IMG/VR virus record: IMGVR_UViG_3300030060_008074
Span: 1 to 64,000 of that record
Length of the DNA stretch: 64,000 nt
Direction: 5' to 3' (one strand)
Source: a virus
Positions 57,278 to 64,000 of this stretch are shown one piece after another. The position numbers were made by a program, and so were the translations under genes. The notes under the pieces were generated by a model, which did not search any database, was not told the DNA's origin, and saw only the letters and a list, made by a program, of their open reading frames with translations. Position 1 is the first letter of the stretch, and each line of letters begins with the position of its first letter.

Positions 57278-57287
57278 TATAAATATC
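57278..57287 (-). promoter_or_regulatory. Class B promoter motif upstream of groES
   Basis: Minus strand AAGATATTTATATATAG. Confidence 0.55.
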
Positions 57288-57290
57288 TTT

Positions 57291-59729
57291 TTAATTTGTT
57301 TCTTTATACTCTTCAAGTATATTTTTAACGCTGTCTATCTTATTAAATTCTTTTAGTTGGTCTAAAACTTGTTTCTTAAAAAATGTTTCATAGTCTAATT
57401 CAAATACATCTTTTCTTTCGTCTACTAAATGTAAATCTTCTTCATTAAGACATATTGCTGTCTGTCTATCTCTGGATTTCATATCTTCTTCGCAGTTGCT
57501 TTTTATGTAAAACAGATATGGATTATCAGTATTTTTAATTGCAGTATTTAACTTTTCATTGGCCCAAACAGAAGCTTTTACATGTTGAGGCATAGTTTTA
57601 ATATATTCATTGAATTTTTTAGTAAATGATTTTGATATACCTATTTCTTTGTAATTTACCGATTCTAGTTTTTTTCTAAGGGCAATTAAATGGTCTACTG
57701 ATAACTTTTCTCTAACAGCAAATTCAGCTATTTTATTAAGTGCACCTTTCATAAATTCTGGAGTATCTTTACGAATGATATTCATACCTCTAATATACTT
57801 TTTACCTGTATCTCTTACTATACCGTAATATCTTTTCTTTGAATCTCCAAAATATATCTTTTCCATATCGTATTCAAACTTTAGGTCCATCATCATGTAT
57901 TCGTCTTGCAATCCAGTGTTATATTTCTTTACAAGGTCTTCTTTTAGAGACTCGTTATATAATTCTAGTTGTTCTTCCATTTGTTCAGCGTTTTTACCCA
58001 TAGATTTAACAAATATAGAATCAGTATCACCGTATAAGGTTTTATGCCCATATTCATTAAATTTTAGTACTGCAAATTTAAGAGCCTGTCTAGCAAAATA
58101 AGTTATGGCATCAGCAACTTCTGGCTTATATAGTCTAAATTGACTGAAGCCCATTGCTCCATAAGCTGAATTAAGTATAATTTTGTATGCCCATTGCCTT
58201 TTTTCCATAGCCACTATTTCATCACCTTTGTATTCTCCAGCTTTAAGTGCTCTGTTTATTTCAACACGTTTTAAGAATAGCTTTTTAAGTACATAAGGCA
58301 ATAATCCTAGTTTATAGTCTTGAGCATAAAAAAGGTATCTATCTCCAAACAAGCTTTCATCATGGCCTGTATCTATATAGTTTATGTTGTCAGTCTTTAA
58401 TTGTTTAACAATTTCTTCTATGTCTATTCCTATTTGCTTACAACCTTTTTCTGAAGCAATAAATGTTTCAGGACTAAGATTAAATGACATTATTGAAGTA
58501 GGGTACAGAGAAGTATAATCCATTACTGTAACGTCATCATGAGCTCCTGGTTCAGTTGGATTAAATACAATTGCTCCTGCATATTGTTGTTTTTGGCCAT
58601 GTCTTCTTTTTGGAAATATTAGTTTTTTATGAAACTCTTTTAGTATATAGTTATCTACAATCATAGATTTGTAGAACACTAGACCTAAAGAATCTAGATT
58701 TGCAATACTTTGAATTGTTGTATATAATCCAAAAACGTTTATTTTATCATTTATTTCTTTTAGTATTTCAACGTCACGAATACCATATTCTATAAAGCCT
58801 TTGAAATTATCTTGCCAATCTTTCCAAGTTACGTCAGTTAATTTATCTAGGCCATCTTCTCCGACAATTTCTTTTACAGCAGTTGCCAATTTATAGTTTG
58901 GTAAATTATATCCCATATCTTGAACACTTTCCATCATATCAATATGGTCTAGACCTTTGATATTTACTTTCCAATATTCACCACGCTTTCTGATATATAC
59001 ATCCTTTATAGGAGACAAATTTTCATATGGTAATCCTAGAACCCTACACCTATTTACAATATATGGAAGGTCATAACCAGCAGAATACCATCCACTTATT
59101 ATATCTACCTTCATCATGTTTACCATGTTTATGAAGCCTAGTATCATGCTCTCTTCGTCTTTTGATAACATGAAAACATATTCATCTTTTTCTATTATTT
59201 TAGGGTCATCAAAGTCTTTTGTATGTTCAGGGTGCCAAGCAAATACAAAATATTTATTTTTACTAGGTAAATAACACTGTAAAGAAGTTATAGGTTGTTT
59301 TGCTTTTTCAGGCATATTGTCTCTTGGGTTTTCAGGGTCGTACCAAGTTTCAATATCAAAATACATTATGTTTCTATGCTGTGACCATTCTAAACCTTTA
59401 TCTAATACAAAATTAAATTCTGGACTTTTATCACATTCAAATATTCTATCTGGATATTTTTTAGATATTTCGTTTCTTATCTTTATAGAAGTGTATTCTA
59501 CCCTGTATACCTCTTCTTCATATAGAGAATTATATATTTTTGTGTCACTACAGTCAAATTGTTTAATATCTAGTATATCGTCAATATGCTTTGCAGAGTA
59601 GTAAAAATAATCTTTGAAGTTATCTACTTTAGTTACGAAATCACCGTTTTCGTCGTAGCCAAATTGGTATATTTTGTATATACCTCTGTCAAATTTTGAC
59701 GTTATTCTTGATAGTTTGAATGTACTCAT
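57291..59729 (-). CDS. Family B DNA polymerase with 3'-5' exonuclease (T4 gp43-like)
   Basis: FDIET (ExoI), GW....YDLPY (ExoII), Y...D (ExoIII), DYTSLYP, KIILNSAYG, YGDTDS, KKRY. Confidence 0.95.
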   Translation of the reverse strand: MSTFKLSRITSKFDRGIYKIYQFGYDENGDFVTKVDNFKDYFYYSAKHIDDILDIKQFDCSDTKIYNSLYEEEVYRVEYTSIKIRNEISKKYPDRIFECDKSPEFNFVLDKGLEWSQHRNIMYFDIETWYDPENPRDNMPEKAKQPITSLQCYLPSKNKYFVFAWHPEHTKDFDDPKIIEKDEYVFMLSKDEESMILGFINMVNMMKVDIISGWYSAGYDLPYIVNRCRVLGLPYENLSPIKDVYIRKRGEYWKVNIKGLDHIDMMESVQDMGYNLPNYKLATAVKEIVGEDGLDKLTDVTWKDWQDNFKGFIEYGIRDVEILKEINDKINVFGLYTTIQSIANLDSLGLVFYKSMIVDNYILKEFHKKLIFPKRRHGQKQQYAGAIVFNPTEPGAHDDVTVMDYTSLYPTSIMSFNLSPETFIASEKGCKQIGIDIEEIVKQLKTDNINYIDTGHDESLFGDRYLFYAQDYKLGLLPYVLKKLFLKRVEINRALKAGEYKGDEIVAMEKRQWAYKIILNSAYGAMGFSQFRLYKPEVADAITYFARQALKFAVLKFNEYGHKTLYGDTDSIFVKSMGKNAEQMEEQLELYNESLKEDLVKKYNTGLQDEYMMMDLKFEYDMEKIYFGDSKKRYYGIVRDTGKKYIRGMNIIRKDTPEFMKGALNKIAEFAVREKLSVDHLIALRKKLESVNYKEIGISKSFTKKFNEYIKTMPQHVKASVWANEKLNTAIKNTDNPYLFYIKSNCEEDMKSRDRQTAICLNEEDLHLVDERKDVFELDYETFFKKQVLDQLKEFNKIDSVKNILEEYKETN

Positions 59730-59749
59730 AGTTTATGTTTTTATATAGT

Positions 59750-59806
59750 AAATATAATAAATTTATTTCAATTAAAAAAATTCTGGGTGAAAAGTTATTA
59801 ACAATT
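59750..59806 (-). promoter_or_regulatory. Class A promoter motif plus TTGTTAATAACTTTT box upstream of the polymerase
   Basis: Minus strand AATTGTTAATAACTTTTCACCCAGAATTTTTTTAATTGAAATAAATTTATTATATTT. Confidence 0.6.
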
Positions 59807-59807
59807 G

Positions 59808-59881
59808 TGGAGAATATCGGAGTCGAACCGATGACCTCTTGGATGCAAACCAAGCGCTCTAGCCAGCTGAGCTAATTCCCC
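59808..59881 (-). tRNA. tRNA-Ala(UGC), CCA not encoded
   Basis: Reverse complement GGGGAATTAGCTCAGCTGGCTAGAGCGCTTGGTTTGCATCCAAGAGGTCATCGGTTCGACTCCGATATTCTCCA: G3:U70 pair, anticodon stem CTTGG/CCAAG, TTCGA T-loop. Confidence 0.95.
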
Positions 59882-59885
59882 ATAA

Positions 59886-61349
59886 CTATTTCAAGTCATA
59901 TGAACTGCCAGATTTATCTAGCATTCCAGCCTTAACCATTTCTTGCATTATTGCCCAACTCTCTTTCCAGTTAGAATCTAACTTTAATCCGTGGCCACCT
60001 TCAGATATAACAACTCTAAGTACCTGTTGGTGAGAAATACCTTTTCCACCAAGAGACTTCATAATTCTAGTTATTAAATCTACTCCTGTTTGACTAAGAG
60101 TTATCTTTTTTGTTTTTGCTTTCTTTATCTTTTTAACAATATTAGAAGAAGGCTTTTCTTCTTTAACCATTTTTACTTTGCAAGTTTCTCCTACAAGAAC
60201 TTCTTCCATTTCAACCTTTTCAGTTAATATTGGTTTTACAGGCTTTGGCGTGCTTCTAGCTACTTTTCTGTTTTTAATTAGATGAGGATTGTTTTTTAAC
60301 CTACAATATACAGAATACTGGCAAAGACTAACTTCTGTACCATAAGATTTTAGCTCATTTTGTTCATCTTCAAATATCTTTATGCCGTTTGTAGAGGTGT
60401 AATTCCATAGCTCTTTATGAAACTCTATATCCAATATTTCCTTTTGATTTTCTCTTATCCAAACAACTCTCTCGCCTAAAGGTACTTCCTTTTTAGATAA
60501 ATTTGGAAACATAAGTTCTAAGGTTTCAACTGCGCCTGGTCCTGGAGCAACAAATTTAGAGTCATGGCTAAAATTTAATTTAGGATTAACTGAATTAGAA
60601 GTTGAACAGTGATAACCATAATAATCTCCAATCATGTTTTCACCAGTAAGATACGCAAAACCTTCACTAAGGTCTTTAGCTTCTCTCATACCTTGCATTA
60701 CTGTTTTGTTTGCATTATATCCAGAAGGTAAATGCGTCCATGAAGCAATCCATTCAGATACATTTGACCATGTTCCTTTATCATCATGCCTTGCATTTCC
60801 TAAATACCATTCATTAACAAACCTTCTACCTGCAGTTTGTATGCTTGTATGTAATTCAGTTGTACCCCATACCTTTTGTTTATTTGCTTTGGCCTGTACT
60901 GCTAATTCTCTGAGTTGTTTTGTATATTCACCAACAACTTCAGTTTTCTTAAACTGTATTTGTTCCTGTCCTAGTTTAATAAAATCTATGTGGGCTTTTT
61001 TATCATCATCTATTCCTGTCAGTATGTTGTGTACGCCTCTTGCTCCATAGAAGTGAGATATGATGGTATTACCTATAACATTTTGCCATTTTAATCCTGG
61101 TACAGTGACAATATTTTCCATTATGTACACCATCCTATCGTCCGCAGTTATTGAAGGGTGAAAGTATTCTACTTCTAAACCTAGAGCAGGATCTGTAGGA
61201 TTATACGAATCAACTATTCCTTTTTGAAACAAAGTTCTTCTATTCACCATTTTAACAAAGTGTTCGTAGTCTTTTAGAACATCCCAGTCTAGACTATTTC
61301 TTAATAATTGGTCTTTTGTACTACCAGGCTGTATCAATAAACTATTCAT
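59886..61349 (-). CDS. aGPT-Pplase1 / amino-acid:DNA transferase-like DNA-modification protein with C-terminal extension
   Basis: N-terminal R...K...TDP.L...F.....DDR; G.YYGYH (HhH-like); PGPGA; E..LCQY..Y.R, a pattern recalled for alpha-glutamyl/putrescinyl-thymine pyrophosphorylase clade 1. Confidence 0.6.
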   Translation of the reverse strand: MNSLLIQPGSTKDQLLRNSLDWDVLKDYEHFVKMVNRRTLFQKGIVDSYNPTDPALGLEVEYFHPSITADDRMVYIMENIVTVPGLKWQNVIGNTIISHFYGARGVHNILTGIDDDKKAHIDFIKLGQEQIQFKKTEVVGEYTKQLRELAVQAKANKQKVWGTTELHTSIQTAGRRFVNEWYLGNARHDDKGTWSNVSEWIASWTHLPSGYNANKTVMQGMREAKDLSEGFAYLTGENMIGDYYGYHCSTSNSVNPKLNFSHDSKFVAPGPGAVETLELMFPNLSKKEVPLGERVVWIRENQKEILDIEFHKELWNYTSTNGIKIFEDEQNELKSYGTEVSLCQYSVYCRLKNNPHLIKNRKVARSTPKPVKPILTEKVEMEEVLVGETCKVKMVKEEKPSSNIVKKIKKAKTKKITLSQTGVDLITRIMKSLGGKGISHQQVLRVVISEGGHGLKLDSNWKESWAIMQEMVKAGMLDKSGSSYDLK

Positions 61350-61737
61350 TCAAATCCTCCAGGTGTCTTACATTTTCTTTCTCTGTAAAGTCATGTGAGA
61401 TGTGTATTACCTTTCCAGTCCAATTCCTTTCAATTTCTTGTTTTTGTACTTCATCATCTTCAAAGAAAAATTGAACTTCGATTCCTTCTTCAATCTTTAA
61501 GAATCTAAGGGTATTTGCTTTATGCATCCCTGAAGTTGTTCTACTTTTCTCATCAAAAGGCAATGGATTAAAGTATACGTGATTTTTTATTCCATGCTTG
61601 TGTAAAAAAGCCTTTGTTTCTGGCTCTTCTTCATAACTTCTACCAGTTATTATTACATCATTTGGGCCAGGTCTTACACCACACACTCCATTTCCTAAAT
61701 GAATTACTCCGTCTATATCAAATCCATTAACTTTCAT
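61342..61737 (-). CDS. Small HAD phosphatase
   Basis: FDIDGVI, ITGRS, HKA, FFEDD. Confidence 0.8.
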   Translation of the reverse strand: MKVNGFDIDGVIHLGNGVCGVRPGPNDVIITGRSYEEEPETKAFLHKHGIKNHVYFNPLPFDEKSRTTSGMHKANTLRFLKIEEGIEVQFFFEDDEVQKQEIERNWTGKVIHISHDFTEKENVRHLEDLNE

Positions 61738-61739
61738 AA

Positions 61740-62927
61740 TTATTTATTCATTTGCTTTGAAGTAGATTCTGTCAATCTTCTGTTTGCTAATTCAGTACAC
61801 TCATAAACTGCATCTGAAAACATCATCTGGTCTGGTGGAGTTTTTTGAGTAAATGCAGAAGGTCCTCTTAATGCTCCAACAACTCCTAATTCTCTTGCCA
61901 CCTTTAAATATCTAATTGCGTCTATTACTACTCCTGCAGAATTTGGACTATCTTGAACACTTAACTGAGCGTCAAATATTACTGGGGAACCACCAAATCC
62001 TTCTAGTTCCAATCTAAAGTTTGCAACTTTGTTATCTCCATAGTAGTGAATATATTCAGAAGGTCCTGCATGTAGGAATGAATCTTCAGTTGATATATTT
62101 CTAATGTCATTTTGGGCTCTAATAACATTTTCTTTTGAAATCTTTTTTGAAGCTAATCTAGTTTTATCTTCCATATTTAAGAAATCAGTATTACCTCCTA
62201 CATTTCTTTGAATGTGGGCCTTTACATGGTGTCCTCTTTCAAAGGCTAATTCTTGTAGCATTTGGGATACAATACTTGCCCCGAATTGAGAACGCATATC
62301 ATCACCGATCAATGGTATACCTGCATCAATAAATCTTTGTTCCCATGCTGGGTCTGAGGCTATAAATACAGGAATACAATTTACAAAAGAAATTCCAGTT
62401 TCTAGACAAATTTCAGCCCAAAATTCTGTAGTCTTTTGCGAGCCGACAGGTAAGTAGTTGATAAGAATTTCTACATCTAAAGATTTTAACTTGTCGATAA
62501 TAGATGCTTTCCATTTTCTTTCTAATGTAGTCGTCCAAGATACTCTATTCATATCTGTAGAATTTCTTAGCTTTTCAGAAACTAAGAATCTATTTTCTTC
62601 AGGATAACTATCCATTAACCCTGCATAACCATCGATTACAGGAGATTCATATACTGGGGCTTTAGAATCAATAGTATCTACAATATTCCATGCTGAATTA
62701 GGTCTTTGCTGAAGAGCTTCTCCTAATGGTAAACCAACTTTACGCTCATCAATATCAAAACCTACTACAAATTCAACATCACCAGCTAAATAGCCTCCAA
62801 TGTCTGTTTTCATCACGCCAGTTTCTGCTTTATTATTTTCAGCATAGTATTGTACTCCTTCTACAAGTGATTTTGCACAATTACCTACACCAATAATTCC
62901 TACTTTAATTTTTTTGTTTTTTGCCAT
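61740..62927 (-). CDS. ino1: myo-Inositol-1-phosphate synthase
   Basis: IGVGNCAKSLVEG, NYLPVGS, FVNCIPVFIA, IGDD..SQ.GA, NVGGNTDFLNM, SKKISK, DSPNSAGVVIDAIR. Confidence 0.95.
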   Translation of the reverse strand: MAKNKKIKVGIIGVGNCAKSLVEGVQYYAENNKAETGVMKTDIGGYLAGDVEFVVGFDIDERKVGLPLGEALQQRPNSAWNIVDTIDSKAPVYESPVIDGYAGLMDSYPEENRFLVSEKLRNSTDMNRVSWTTTLERKWKASIIDKLKSLDVEILINYLPVGSQKTTEFWAEICLETGISFVNCIPVFIASDPAWEQRFIDAGIPLIGDDMRSQFGASIVSQMLQELAFERGHHVKAHIQRNVGGNTDFLNMEDKTRLASKKISKENVIRAQNDIRNISTEDSFLHAGPSEYIHYYGDNKVANFRLELEGFGGSPVIFDAQLSVQDSPNSAGVVIDAIRYLKVARELGVVGALRGPSAFTQKTPPDQMMFSDAVYECTELANRRLTESTSKQMNK

Positions 62928-62962
62928 GTTTTAATCCTCTTTAATTTTTATTTCTTTTATAT

Positions 62963-62993
62963 AATATAATAAATTTTTTTTAATCGGTAAAAT
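62963..62993 (-). promoter_or_regulatory. Class A promoter motif upstream of ino1
   Basis: Minus strand ATTTTACCGATTAAAAAAAATTTATTATATT. Confidence 0.6.
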
Positions 62994-63029
62994 TATTTCA
63001 CTTTTAATTTTCCCATAATAAATACTAAG

Positions 63030-64000
63030 TTAGAATGAAAAAACTACACTTTTGTGATAATTATTTTCACAATTATTTTCCATATCCCATCTATAAAATT
63101 CTCTACTCAAGTGAACACTTTGTGGTTTTTCCATAGCATCAAACGATAGTTCACCTTTATTATTTAGTATATTTTCTGGCCAGGATAGAGCTTTCCACCC
63201 ATATTGTGCACAAACACTATCAACAGTATCATTGAATATTTTTACTAATTCTGTTCTTTCTTGCCAAGAACCGTAAAAAGGAGTATCTTTGTAATATCCT
63301 GTTTTTGGCAGCTTTCTACTTTCGTTCTCAATAGGTATAGCATGAGATATTTCTATGTTTGGTATGTTTAATTGACTTAACTGATCTGCTAAATATATAA
63401 CCATGACTCTAGTGGCCTTTTCTCTATCTTCTCTTCTACATAGATGGTGCCTAATATCTATATTACCTGCATAAAATGTAAGGTGTGTTAGGTCGTCTGT
63501 ATTTATACCAGATTTTTCCATTATCTTTTCTTTGACTCCATCTCTTAATATTGAGAAAAGTGTTAATCCATCATTTCTGCTTGTCATATATCCTGGTTGG
63601 TACATAGAAAACGAATGACTATCTCCAAAGCATAACTTTGTAGTTTTTTCTACTCTATCAAATTTTTCAGTTTTATCAATTGCCTTTTGTAATTCTTCTA
63701 AATCTATTATTTTTGCAAATGCTGAAGTTGAAGAGTTTTTAAGCCTCTTTGAAACCATATCAACTAAATCTGGCATTTCATGTTGAAGGCATAATAATTT
63801 ACCAGGATAACTCTCTAACTGAATCATTTTCTTACAAAAGTCATCTCCTAATCCACCAAAAAGATTTAGTGTTCCTTCGTAACTTATACCTAAATAAAGT
63901 ATTATGGCATCGTATTCATGCAGCTTCTCACCCTTATCTAGTATTCTTATATCGGTATATCCAGCGCTAATACACTGATTTAATACTTTATGGGCCCAAG
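63030..64000 (-). CDS. Partial gene (5' end outside window) with an SGNH-like C-terminal domain
   Basis: Frame stays open past 63827 to the edge (WAHKVLNQ...GTLNLFGG...); FGDSHS, AGNIDIR and terminal SVHL resemble SGNH blocks. Confidence 0.6.
   Translation of the reverse strand, partial: WAHKVLNQCISAGYTDIRILDKGEKLHEYDAIILYLGISYEGTLNLFGGLGDDFCKKMIQLESYPGKLLCLQHEMPDLVDMVSKRLKNSSTSAFAKIIDLEELQKAIDKTEKFDRVEKTTKLCFGDSHSFSMYQPGYMTSRNDGLTLFSILRDGVKEKIMEKSGINTDDLTHLTFYAGNIDIRHHLCRREDREKATRVMVIYLADQLSQLNIPNIEISHAIPIENESRKLPKTGYYKDTPFYGSWQERTELVKIFNDTVDSVCAQYGWKALSWPENILNNKGELSFDAMEKPQSVHLSREFYRWDMENNCENNYHKSVVFSF

Noticed and set aside
1245-63970. All plus-strand ORFs in the track (e.g. 13890-14519, 40084-40485, 60634-61050)
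   Set aside because: They lie antisense to well-supported minus-strand genes, are Ser/Phe/Leu/Ile-rich shadows, and lack recognisable motifs
1-64000. Alternative genetic code (stop-codon reassignment) as in some large phages
   Set aside because: Known enzymes are full length under the standard code, and TAA, TAG and TGA all end genes at expected positions

Overview
This window is a 64-kb, AT-rich, densely packed segment of a large tailed-phage genome, with every credible gene on the minus strand. Evidence for a phage is a T4-like family-B DNA polymerase, its own GroES/GroEL, a tRNA-Ala, a PD-(D/E)xK nuclease, lysin-like proteins, many small ORFs and two repeated phage-type promoter motifs. 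T9SS-type sorting domains and Cys-rich GCTD repeats point to an FCB-group (Bacteroidota-like, probably aquatic) host. In the direction of transcription (64000 to 1) there are four blocks. (i) 64-59.9 kb: inositol-1-phosphate synthase, a HAD phosphatase and an aGPT-Pplase1/amino-acid:DNA-transferase-like gene next to the polymerase, a candidate inositol DNA-hypermodification module. (ii) 59.9-52 kb: replication, chaperonin and auxiliary genes including cysK. (iii) 51.9-20.7 kb: a ~31-kb island of more than 30 glycan-biosynthesis genes with no visible export machinery. It includes what looks like a complete animal-type sialylation route (NanE, NANS-like synthase, HAD phosphatase, CMAS-like synthetase, GT29 sialyltransferase). 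(iv) 20-0 kb: small and late genes, about a dozen of which share an N-terminal M-(I)-K-L-K-x-I-L-x-E leader resembling a capsid-targeting, protease-cleaved signal, plus secreted T9SS/outer-membrane proteins. All family calls come from motif recognition by eye; no database searches were run.
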